Made by a program: the position numbers and the translations under genes. This document shows positions 56,421 through 64,000 of a DNA stretch of 64,000 nucleotides, in pieces. The DNA comes from Alphaproteobacteria bacterium (GTDB lineage Bacteria > Pseudomonadota > Alphaproteobacteria > Methylaequorales > Methylaequoraceae), in contig JBJKUQ010000014.1 of NCBI GenBank assembly GCA_045563015.1, forward strand, positions 11,433-75,432, in the 5' to 3' direction. Positions within the stretch are counted from its first letter, which is position 1, and the number at the start of each line of letters is the position of its first letter. The notes under the pieces were generated by a model. The model did no database searches. It had not been told where the DNA came from and saw only the letters and a program-made list of their open reading frames with translations.

Positions 56421-56762
56421 TTATTTTTGTTGTTCTGAAAGATAAATAACTAATGCTTTCTTTTTAGAGGGGGCGTTAATAATTTTTTGTGGAAAAAATT
56501 TTTTTTTAATGAGTAATTGAATTAATAAATCTTTTCCAAAGAACCCCCAAAAAACATTGGATAGAGTAATTACTAAGATACCAAGGCTTTGGTTAATATA
56601 AATTAACTGAGCCAAAATAAGGATATTAAGAGTTGACAAAAACCATATCTGATTTAGATATCCCCAGATTGGTCCAAGAAAAAGAGCTAACATGTTAAAT
56701 CCATAATCTGAAGCCACTGGTTTTTTATTATCTTTATTTTGAAAAATATAAAATGTTTCCAT
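56421..56762 (-). CDS. DUF2628-type small membrane protein (commonly between hisB and hisH in alphaproteobacteria)
   Basis: 113 aa, 2-3 TM. ..FNMLALFLGPIWGYLNQIW... Position inside the his operon. Confidence 0.55.
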   Translation of the reverse strand: METFYIFQNKDNKKPVASDYGFNMLALFLGPIWGYLNQIWFLSTLNILILAQLIYINQSLGILVITLSNVFWGFFGKDLLIQLLIKKKFFPQKIINAPSKKKALVIYLSEQQK

Positions 56763-56770
56763 AATTTAGT

Positions 56771-57358
56771 TTAGAGGCTTCCTTTTGTTGAAGGAACTTC
56801 GCCTTTTCTTTCTGGATCAAGAGATACCGACTCCCTTAGCGCTCTAGCTAACCCTTTGAAACATGATTCAATGATATGATGGTTATTTTCCCCATAAAGA
56901 TTTTCAACATGAAGAGTTATTCCTGCCGTTTGAGAAAAAGCTTGAAACCATTCTTTAAATAATTCTGTATCCATTTCGCCAAGCTTTGGTTTTGAAAGAT
57001 TTACCTTCCAAACTAGGTAGGGTCTGTTTGAGCAATCAACAACAACTCGTGATAGAGTTTCATCCATTGCAGATAAGGCCTGTCCAAACCTTTTAATTCC
57101 GGTTCTATCACCTAAAGATTTTGAAAAGGCTTCCCCAAGAGCCAAAGCACTATCCTCTGTTGTGTGGTGATAATCAATGTGTAGATCACCATCTGCGTTA
57201 AGATTTATGTCAAACATACTGTGTTTAGAAAGTTGTTCCAACATATGATCAAGAAAGCCAATACCCGTGTGAATTTTATTTCTTCCTTTACCGTCTAAAT
57301 ATATTTCAGCAAAAATCTCTGTTTCTTTTGTTTTTCTTTTTGTGGAACTTTTTCTCAT
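56771..57358 (-). CDS. hisB: Imidazoleglycerol-phosphate dehydratase
   Basis: 195 aa. ..TKETEI.., ..GIGFLDHML.., ..[12 protein letters not shown].., ..G.N.HH..E... Confidence 0.95.
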   Translation of the reverse strand: MRKSSTKRKTKETEIFAEIYLDGKGRNKIHTGIGFLDHMLEQLSKHSMFDINLNADGDLHIDYHHTTEDSALALGEAFSKSLGDRTGIKRFGQALSAMDETLSRVVVDCSNRPYLVWKVNLSKPKLGEMDTELFKEWFQAFSQTAGITLHVENLYGENNHHIIESCFKGLARALRESVSLDPERKGEVPSTKGSL

Positions 57359-57431
57359 ATATAAATTTTATTGGATATTAAATTTAAAATATATAGATTA
57401 ATATTAAATTATCAATTCGAGGAAAAAATTA

Positions 57432-57980
57432 ATGGTAGATAATAATCAAAATTTTCAGTTACACGGAACGACAATTGTGTCAGTCAGAAAAAAAAACAAT
57501 GTTGTTGTGGCAGGTGATGGGCAGGTAACACTTGGTGACACTGTTATGAAAGCAAATGCAAGAAAAGTAAGAGTATTAGCAGATGGTAATGTTATTACGG
57601 GTTTCGCCGGGGCGACAGCAGATGCCTTCACTCTATTTGAGCGTCTTGAGTCTAAGTTAGAGAAATTTTCTAATAAATTGATGAGAGCTTGTGTTGAAAT
57701 GGCAAAAGATTGGAGAACCGATAGATATTTGAGAAGATTAGAAGCGATGATGATAGTTGCTGATAAAGAGACCAGTTTAATTTTAAGTGGAAACGGCGAT
57801 GTTTTGGAACCCAAGGATGGAATTATGGCAATAGGTTCTGGAGGGAATTATGCACTTGCAGCGGCAAGGGCTTTATATGATTCTAAATTGTCAGCAGAAG
57901 ATATTGCAAAAAAAAGTCTTGAGATTGCTTCTGATTTATGTATTTACACAAATAATAATATTACTATTGAAAAAATATGA
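57432..57980 (+). CDS. hslV: ATP-dependent protease subunit HslV
   Basis: 182 aa. HGTTIVSVR (N-terminal Thr nucleophile), [14 protein letters not shown]. Confidence 0.95.
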   Translation: MVDNNQNFQLHGTTIVSVRKKNNVVVAGDGQVTLGDTVMKANARKVRVLADGNVITGFAGATADAFTLFERLESKLEKFSNKLMRACVEMAKDWRTDRYLRRLEAMMIVADKETSLILSGNGDVLEPKDGIMAIGSGGNYALAAARALYDSKLSAEDIAKKSLEIASDLCIYTNNNITIEKI

Positions 57981-59290
57981 TGACTGCATTTACACCAAGA
58001 GAAATTGTTTCTGAATTAGACAGATTTATTGTTGGTCAAAATACTGCTAAAAGAGCTGTTGCCATTGCACTCAGGAATCGTTGGAGAAGACAACAAATAA
58101 AGGGTTCTTTAAAGGATGAAGTTCTCCCCAAAAATATCCTTATGATTGGTCCTACTGGAGTTGGAAAAACAGAAATAGCTAGACGTCTTGCAAAATTGGC
58201 TCAAGCTCCTTTTATTAAAGTTGAAGCAACAAAATTTACAGAAGTTGGTTATGTTGGAAGAGATGTTGAGCAGATTATAAGAGATTTATTAGAAATATCT
58301 ATTTCCAATAATAAGGATAATCTAAAAAAAGAGATTAAGGCAAAAGCGGAACTTAATGCAGAGAAAAGAGTTATTGATGCTTTAGTTGGTTCCTCTGCAA
58401 CAAACCAAACACGCGAAAAGTTTAAAAAGATGTTAAGAAATGGAGACCTTGATAATCAGGAGATTGAGATTGAACTTTTTTCAAGTTCATCTTCGCCACT
58501 GAAATCAATGGAAATTCCAGGAATGCCTGGAGGGATGATGGGTATGATCAATCTTGGAGAAATATTTGGGAAAGGGTTTGGGCAAAAAAAAGAAAAAAGG
58601 AAATTGTCAGTCAAGGAATCTTATGAACATTTATTGAATGAAGAATCAGAAAAACTTATTGATAATGATAATTTGTTGAAGAGGGCCATATCAAATGTTG
58701 AGGAGGATGGCATTGTTTTTATTGATGAGATAGATAAAATTTGCGGTAAAAATGACAGAGGTACTGCAGAAGTAAGTAGAGAAGGTGTTCAAAGAGACTT
58801 GCTACCATTAATTGAAGGATCAACTGTAAGTACAAAATATGGATCTGTTAAAACAGATCATATTCTTTTTATAGCTTCAGGGGCTTTTCATGTTTCAAAG
58901 CCATCTGATTTACTTCCAGAACTTCAGGGAAGACTTCCTAATAGAGTAGAACTATCAGCACTAAATCAGGAAGATTTCATAAGAATTTTGAAAGAACCAG
59001 AAAATAACCTTATTAAACAGTATGAAGAACTTATTGCAACTGAAGGAGTAAAATTGAAAATCTCAGAATCTGCTATCTCTGAGATTGCTCATATTGCGAC
59101 AAAAGTTAATGATGAGGTTGAAAATATTGGCGCCAGAAGACTCCATACGATATTAGAGAAAGTTTTAGATGACATAAGCTTTTCAGCATCTGATAAGAAA
59201 GTTGGTGAACTAAAGGTTGATGAAGGATATGTAAAAAAACAAATTGGTGATGTTTACAAAGATACTGATTTATCAAAGTTTATTCTCTAA
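57977..59290 (+). CDS. hslU: ATP-dependent protease ATPase subunit HslU
   Basis: 437 aa. [16 protein letters not shown], Walker [16 protein letters not shown], ..[10 protein letters not shown]... Confidence 0.97.
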   Translation: MMTAFTPREIVSELDRFIVGQNTAKRAVAIALRNRWRRQQIKGSLKDEVLPKNILMIGPTGVGKTEIARRLAKLAQAPFIKVEATKFTEVGYVGRDVEQIIRDLLEISISNNKDNLKKEIKAKAELNAEKRVIDALVGSSATNQTREKFKKMLRNGDLDNQEIEIELFSSSSSPLKSMEIPGMPGGMMGMINLGEIFGKGFGQKKEKRKLSVKESYEHLLNEESEKLIDNDNLLKRAISNVEEDGIVFIDEIDKICGKNDRGTAEVSREGVQRDLLPLIEGSTVSTKYGSVKTDHILFIASGAFHVSKPSDLLPELQGRLPNRVELSALNQEDFIRILKEPENNLIKQYEELIATEGVKLKISESAISEIAHIATKVNDEVENIGARRLHTILEKVLDDISFSASDKKVGELKVDEGYVKKQIGDVYKDTDLSKFIL

Positions 59291-59789
59291 TTTTTCTTAA
59301 GAATACAAATAACGCTCCTTCTCCACCTTTATTTTGAGGTGCATTATCATACCATAAAACATACTTTGATAAATAATTAGAATTAAGCCATTTTGGAACA
59401 CTATTCTTAAGTTTCCCAGTATTCTCCCAACCGTGATCTGATAAAACTCTTTCACCTTTGCCAGTTATAATTAACAATAGCCTTTTTTGTAAAGAGAAGT
59501 TTTTTTCAATAAATTCAACAATTAAATGTCTAGATTCACTTGCTGAGTAACCATGTAAGTCAAGTTTTCCATCAATTTTTATTTTTCCATTTTTAATTTT
59601 TTTTATTAGATTCTTATCAAGATAATTTGGTTTATTTTTAGCTTCATTTAATAGATCGTGCTCACTAATTCTATCTTTATTTGAAGTGTTTTTTTTGTTA
59701 AAGATTGTTTTTTTTTTTATTTTTCCAAGAATTTTTTTTTTAATTATTGGAGTTACGTTTTTTTTAAAATTTTCCCAATCTTCATTCAT
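59280..59789 (-). CDS. Smr-domain protein
   Basis: 169 aa. ..[19 protein letters not shown].., ..LLIITGKG... Overlaps the hslU 3' end by 11 nt (convergent). Confidence 0.8.
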   Translation of the reverse strand: MNEDWENFKKNVTPIIKKKILGKIKKKTIFNKKNTSNKDRISEHDLLNEAKNKPNYLDKNLIKKIKNGKIKIDGKLDLHGYSASESRHLIVEFIEKNFSLQKRLLLIITGKGERVLSDHGWENTGKLKNSVPKWLNSNYLSKYVLWYDNAPQNKGGEGALFVFLRKIRE

Positions 59790-59794
59790 TTTTT

Positions 59795-60808
59795 TTATTT
59801 TGAAGGAACTAGAGTATATAACAAAACTTTTTCTTTTAAAGTGCCAGCAATATTTTCTGCTTTCTTTCCACTTCCAGTAAAAAGATCAGCCCTATTTACG
59901 CCCTTTATTGCAGAGCCAGTGTCTAATGCAAGCGCAGGTATTGATAGATTTCTGTCTATAAGTTTTATTAGCATTGGAATACCTAAAGGGTAATAGATTT
60001 TATCAATTGCCATACTAATATTTTCAACTAAATTAACTCCATAAGAACCAACTGGACCTTTTTTCTTAGGGCCCTTATTTTTAATCTGAAAGAAAATATA
60101 TCTCTTATTTGTATTAAGAATTTTCTCAACTTTTATTGGGTTTTCATATAGAAATTTTTTTATTGTAAATAAATTTATTTCTTTTCCTGACAACTCACTT
60201 TCTTTTAACAATTTTCCGATTGAGCTATACTTTTCATTATTATTGCCACCATAAGTTATTTTTATTTTTTTTTTGTTTGGAAGAATTCCTATTCCAGAAC
60301 CTTGGATTTGTAGAAAGAATAACTCTATTTTATTGTCGGTCCAAAGCAAAACATCTTCGTTATGGAAAGAATTTTCAATTTTATTTCTTGGAATATTTTT
60401 ATATTTTTCATTATATTTAAGAATTGGAAACTTAAAAAATTTATCTCTTTTAAAAGATACTTTGATTTCTGGCTCATAATATCCAGTAAGCAAGCCAATT
60501 GAGTCTGATAGTTTTTTTATTTTGAAATTTTCTAAAATAAAATTTTTTTCGGATTTGTTTGAATCTTTTATCTCTTTGCAAATATTTTTCCAGCTTTTCT
60601 CTGTTCCAAAATCTGGGTAACTTGCGTGTGATTTTAGATTTATAATAAGCCGTTCACTACAGTTACTTTTTAATAAATTATAGAATTTTTTGATATCATA
60701 ATTAATGAAATTATTATTTTTAAGTTCATCAACTAACTTGGAGATTGTATTTGAAAAAGAATTATTAAAAAAAAGAATGCAAAAAATAAAAAGTAATTTT
60801 TTTTTCAA
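59795..60808 (-). CDS. mltA: Membrane-bound lytic murein transglycosylase A
   Basis: 337 aa. Signal peptide, ..TGYYEPE.., ..LQIQGSG.., 3D-domain ..ALDTGSAIKG..RADLFTGSG. Confidence 0.85.
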   Translation of the reverse strand: MKKKLLFIFCILFFNNSFSNTISKLVDELKNNNFINYDIKKFYNLLKSNCSERLIINLKSHASYPDFGTEKSWKNICKEIKDSNKSEKNFILENFKIKKLSDSIGLLTGYYEPEIKVSFKRDKFFKFPILKYNEKYKNIPRNKIENSFHNEDVLLWTDNKIELFFLQIQGSGIGILPNKKKIKITYGGNNNEKYSSIGKLLKESELSGKEINLFTIKKFLYENPIKVEKILNTNKRYIFFQIKNKGPKKKGPVGSYGVNLVENISMAIDKIYYPLGIPMLIKLIDRNLSIPALALDTGSAIKGVNRADLFTGSGKKAENIAGTLKEKVLLYTLVPSK

Positions 60809-61491
60809 TTACATTCTTCGATTTTATCAAGTATCCAATTTGGATCTTTGGAATTTAAAGTTTTATAAAACAACCAATTTTCAGTTATTGATAGTATTTG
60901 ATTATTGTCACCTTCTACAATCTTACCGCTTGAATTTTTTACAATTTGAACTTGTTCAGACATGAATTTTACCTTAATTTCAGCCATTTTGTTATTTTTA
61001 ATGTCTGCAGAGACGATTTCTGGGTCTTTAACACCAATGATATTAATGTCTAGATTTTGCCCCTTCTTAGATCTCTTGCTTATTTGATTGTCAAACATAC
61101 TATACATTTTTGATGATAATAGTTTTTTTAATGGTTTAATGTTTTCTTCAGAATAGTTTTTAATAATATATTCAAATGCTTTTTTTGAGCCATCAAGAAA
61201 ACTATCCAAGAGGAAGTTTTTGTCGACGGACTTTATTTTTCTTAATACTTTATTTGTGCTTGGGTCATCATGTAGGATTTCTCTAGAGACTTCAATATCT
61301 TTTGGGACAAAACTTTTTTCAACAACCTTATCTGGATTTGATTCTTTGTATCTTGATCTACCTTGCGAATACTTATCTGCAAGGTCATTTTCGTTACCTG
61401 TTTTTTTTCCTAGAGTATTTTTGAGTCTATTAATAATGAAAATAGCAACCATTGCTAGGATTAAGATGTCTATGTATGGAAAATTGTTCAT
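60805..61491 (-). CDS. Tim44-like domain membrane protein
   Basis: 228 aa. N-terminal TM segment, C-terminal Tim44-like region (..ENWLFYK......WIL..I). Conserved mltA-tim44-secB neighbourhood. Confidence 0.7.
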   Translation of the reverse strand: MNNFPYIDILILAMVAIFIINRLKNTLGKKTGNENDLADKYSQGRSRYKESNPDKVVEKSFVPKDIEVSREILHDDPSTNKVLRKIKSVDKNFLLDSFLDGSKKAFEYIIKNYSEENIKPLKKLLSSKMYSMFDNQISKRSKKGQNLDINIIGVKDPEIVSADIKNNKMAEIKVKFMSEQVQIVKNSSGKIVEGDNNQILSITENWLFYKTLNSKDPNWILDKIEECN

Positions 61492-61574
61492 TTAAATAAT
61501 AAATATATATGTATAGAAGCTTTTTATCTTTTTTATGTATTATATTCACTTCATAGTTATAATGATACATATAT

Positions 61575-62030
61575 ATGGCAAATAAAAAAAAAAATTCAAA
61601 CACAAATAACTTGAAGTTCATTATTAATGCTCAATATCTTAAGGATTTATCTTTCGAAAACCCTAGAGCACCTGAATCTTTGAGAAATTTTTCATCTAAC
61701 CCAACTTTTAAAATTGATATTGACGTTAAAACAAAATTGCTGAAAGATCATGGCGAGAATATTTATGAAGTTGAACTCATTGTCAAAGGTCAAACAAATG
61801 CTGATGATAAAGCTTTATTTTTGGTTGAAGGTTCATATTGTGGTATTTTTACGATTGAAAACGCTGAAGCCGAGGTATTAGAGAAAATTCTGCTAATAGA
61901 ATGCCCAAAATTTTTGTTTCCTTTTTTGAGGTCAGTTGTAGCAAATGCGACAAGAGAGGGAGGATTTCCCCCATTAATGCTAAACCCTGTAGATTTTGTA
62001 GGGATGTATGAAAAGAAAAAATCAAATTAA
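61575..62030 (+). CDS. secB: Protein-export chaperone SecB
   Basis: 151 aa. ..IINAQYLKDLSFENP.., ..ECPKFLFPFLRSVVANATREGGFPPLMLNPVDF. Confidence 0.95.
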   Translation: MANKKKNSNTNNLKFIINAQYLKDLSFENPRAPESLRNFSSNPTFKIDIDVKTKLLKDHGENIYEVELIVKGQTNADDKALFLVEGSYCGIFTIENAEAEVLEKILLIECPKFLFPFLRSVVANATREGGFPPLMLNPVDFVGMYEKKKSN

Positions 62031-62039
62031 AGTTTAGCT

Positions 62040-62681
62040 TTATAATTTGTATTTTTTCCTTACTTCCTTTTTCAGTATTAAATTTTCACTGTCAATCTGG
62101 TCGTTAATTTCTAGAGATGTTAATCCCTTCTCCCATTTTTCAATAAATTTTTTTAGGTTATTTTTCTCAATTTTATTTATCTTATTACTTATTGTTACAT
62201 TATTTTTCTTAGGCTTATCCTTAAGAATATCTTGTATTTCATTGATATCATTAAGCTTTTTTTCAGCAATATAGCTTTCAATTACAAAATTTAGCCTTTT
62301 ATTTTCATTTGTAAGCCGAAGATTCTCGTCTCTCAGTTTGTCAAAATGTTCCTGGATTTTTGTTATATTCTCATGTTTATAAAAATTTAATTTTTTATCA
62401 AATTTTTGAAAACATCTTTCCATATTATCTAATAGTAGTTCTTTGATATGGTGAATGTCAGCTTGATTGTACTTATAATGACTTTTGTCGCTTAATTTTG
62501 AGAAACTGTCCAAAGATGAAAAAACTTTATTAATTCTTTTTTTTGATAAAACAATGAAATTACAAATTCTAAATAAAGATTTTTGTTCTTTCGACCAACT
62601 TTGTCTTGATTGATACCTAAATTTTTTTAAGTATTCAAATGCCTCACCAAAAGAAACATATTTCTTTTTAATTCTCTCCAT
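62040..62681 (-). CDS. Hypothetical coiled-coil protein
   Basis: 213 aa. K/E/N-rich with heptad-like stretches (DKLRDENLRLTNENKRLNFVIESY). No family recognised. Confidence 0.45.
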   Translation of the reverse strand: MERIKKKYVSFGEAFEYLKKFRYQSRQSWSKEQKSLFRICNFIVLSKKRINKVFSSLDSFSKLSDKSHYKYNQADIHHIKELLLDNMERCFQKFDKKLNFYKHENITKIQEHFDKLRDENLRLTNENKRLNFVIESYIAEKKLNDINEIQDILKDKPKKNNVTISNKINKIEKNNLKKFIEKWEKGLTSLEINDQIDSENLILKKEVRKKYKL

Positions 62682-62827
62682 ACGATAAATACGATAAAAT
62701 TAATTTCCTTAAATAGAATTATATCTAGCATAATTAGAAATACTACTAAAATTTCTTTAAATAAATCTAATTAAAGATTAACCCTCATTAGAAATGTTAA
62801 ATTCAGTAATTGATGTGTTTTAATAAC

Positions 62828-62902
62828 TGGAGCGGGAAACGAGATTCGAACTCGCGACCCTCACGTTGGCAACGTGATGCTCTACCACTGAGCTATTCCC
62901 GC
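62828..62902 (-). tRNA. tRNA-Gly (anticodon GCC), CCA encoded
   Basis: The minus-strand sequence GCGGGAATAGCTCAGTGGTAGAGCATCACGTTGCCAACGTGAGGGTCGCGAGTTCGAATCTCGTTTCCCGCTCCA folds as a cloverleaf. It has a 7-bp acceptor stem, anticodon stem TCACG/CGTGA with loop TTGCCAA, and a T-arm GCGAG-TTCGAAT-CTCGT. Confidence 0.95.
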
Positions 62903-63016
62903 ATTTTAGGCAGTTTAAATATACTTAAATAAAAATTAATTACAATAATATAACTTAAGAATAATTTTTCTAAATAAACAATTTAAATTTACTAAATTAA
63001 TATCATATAATAAATT

Positions 63017-63691
63017 ATGCCATATAGCTTTGAAAGTACATTTACTGATCTACCAGAAGTTTTACCTTTGTTTCCCTTAGGAAGAGTGCTTTTATTACCA
63101 AGAGCAAGATTACCACTAAATTTATTTGAGAATCGTTATCTACATATGTTAGATTATGCCCTTTGCCATGGAAGATCTATTGGAATTATTCAACCTTCAG
63201 TAAAATTAAAAAAAAATTCTGACTCTAAAAATCCGAATCTTTATGAGATTGGGTGTGCAGGCTATATTACAGCCTTTTCTCAGACAAATGATAATAGATA
63301 CGAAATAATTTTAAAGGGTCTTTGCAGATTTAAAGTAATTTCAGAGCTAGAATTAAAAAATGGTTTCAGGAGAGCCAATGTTTGTTGGAATTCTTATGAG
63401 AACGATTTTAAAATATTGGGGCTTAAAGACAAAAAAATGAGGATTAATTTTGTCACCATTTTGAAAAAATACTTAAAAAAAGTATCTATAAATGCAGATT
63501 GGGAAGCAATTGAAATGTCAACAGATGAGGATTTAATAAACTCGATATCAATGGGATGCCCATTCGATCAAAACGAGAAACAAGCTCTGCTTGAAGCAAA
63601 GTGCTTGGATGAAAGAGCTGAGATATTAATATCTTTGATGAAAATGTCACTTGTAGAAAATTTAGTTGCAGGCTCTTCATTATCATCCTAA
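63017..63691 (+). CDS. LON N-terminal (substrate-binding) domain protein
   Basis: 224 aa. LPLFPLGRVLLLPRARLPLNLFENRYLHM, typical of the stand-alone Lon N-domain family. Confidence 0.8.
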   Translation: MPYSFESTFTDLPEVLPLFPLGRVLLLPRARLPLNLFENRYLHMLDYALCHGRSIGIIQPSVKLKKNSDSKNPNLYEIGCAGYITAFSQTNDNRYEIILKGLCRFKVISELELKNGFRRANVCWNSYENDFKILGLKDKKMRINFVTILKKYLKKVSINADWEAIEMSTDEDLINSISMGCPFDQNEKQALLEAKCLDERAEILISLMKMSLVENLVAGSSLSS

Positions 63692-63692
63692 A

Positions 63693-63848
63693 ATGACAAG
63701 ATTCAATGAAAGATTATTAGAATTTTTAATTTGTCCAAAGTCAGGTAAAAAGTTAATATATGACAAAAAAAAAAATATTCTCTGCACAAAAGACAAAAAA
63801 CATATATATGAAATTAAAGATGGCATCCCTCTTCTCATTATTAAGTAA
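63693..63848 (+). CDS. Trm112-family (UPF0434) small zinc-ribbon-like protein
   Basis: LLEFLICPKSGKKLIYD....L......IYEIKDGIPLLI. The ATG at 63693 directly follows the upstream stop (the track ORF starts at 63666). Confidence 0.8.
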   Translation: MTRFNERLLEFLICPKSGKKLIYDKKKNILCTKDKKHIYEIKDGIPLLIIK

Positions 63849-63854
63849 TTAATA

Positions 63855-64000
63855 AATGATTCCAGATTCTGTTAAAATTTCTAAAGAAAAAAAGTCACTA
63901 CAATTTACTTATGAAAATTCAACATATTTGATACTTTCTGCTAAAGTATTACGAGCTAACTCTCCATCTGCGGAGAATAAAAAGAATTTAGAAAAGCCTG
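63855..64000 (+). CDS. DUF971-like protein, N-terminal fragment (runs off the window)
   Basis: Manual translation gives MIPDSVKISKEKKSLQFTYENSTYLILSAKVLRANSPSAE.... The pattern resembles the DUF971 / gamma-butyrobetaine-hydroxylase-N family. Not in the ORF track because it is open-ended. Confidence 0.45.

Noticed and set aside
62682-63016. Integrated mobile element at tRNA-Gly
   Set aside because: There is no integrase or recombinase, no repeat of the tRNA 3' end, and no phage or plasmid genes on either side.

Overview
AT-rich, very gene-dense chromosome segment. Many genes overlap by 1-14 nt and only about a dozen spacers exceed 90 bp. Gene content and synteny are alphaproteobacterial. Composition and streamlining suggest a SAR11/Pelagibacterales-type genome, which is inference and not a database hit. 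I call about 70 protein genes and one tRNA-Gly(GCC). I saw no rRNA, CRISPR, transposase, integrase or prophage genes.

Layout:
(1) 1-6.2 kb: murJ(partial)-glnD-mutS on the minus strand.
(2) 6.2-25.3 kb: a plus-strand phosphate-starvation island. It holds phoR, an OprO/P-like porin, the PlcP phospholipase C, a glycolipid glycosyltransferase fused to a complete DgkA, gap-arsJ-ppk-ppx, and pstSCAB-phoU-phoB. Pho-box-like direct repeats precede four transcription units.
(3) 11.35-13.6 kb, inside the island: a 2.3-kb accessory insert holding the real unknowns. These are an XRE regulator with a Fae-like protein, a 99-aa orphan with a coupled uORF, and a second paralogous HTH fused to a Lys-rich tail encoded by a 63-bp x3 tandem repeat. 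A palindromic motif recurs in its spacers.
(4) 25.4-64 kb: mostly core genes. These include a GT2-GT9 fusion, dapB, hrcA-grpE/dnaKJ, rph-rdgB, an LpoA-like lipoprotein, leuS-lptE-holA, coaE-aroE-maf, hemE-hemH-hemJ-rho-xthA, the his operon, hslVU, smr-mltA-tim44-secB and tRNA-Gly.

The 276-bp maf|hemE spacer is a candidate oriC, based on conserved alphaproteobacterial synteny plus two inverted DnaA-box-like 9-mers. All functional calls rest on motif and family recognition by eye from the supplied translations; no searches were run.
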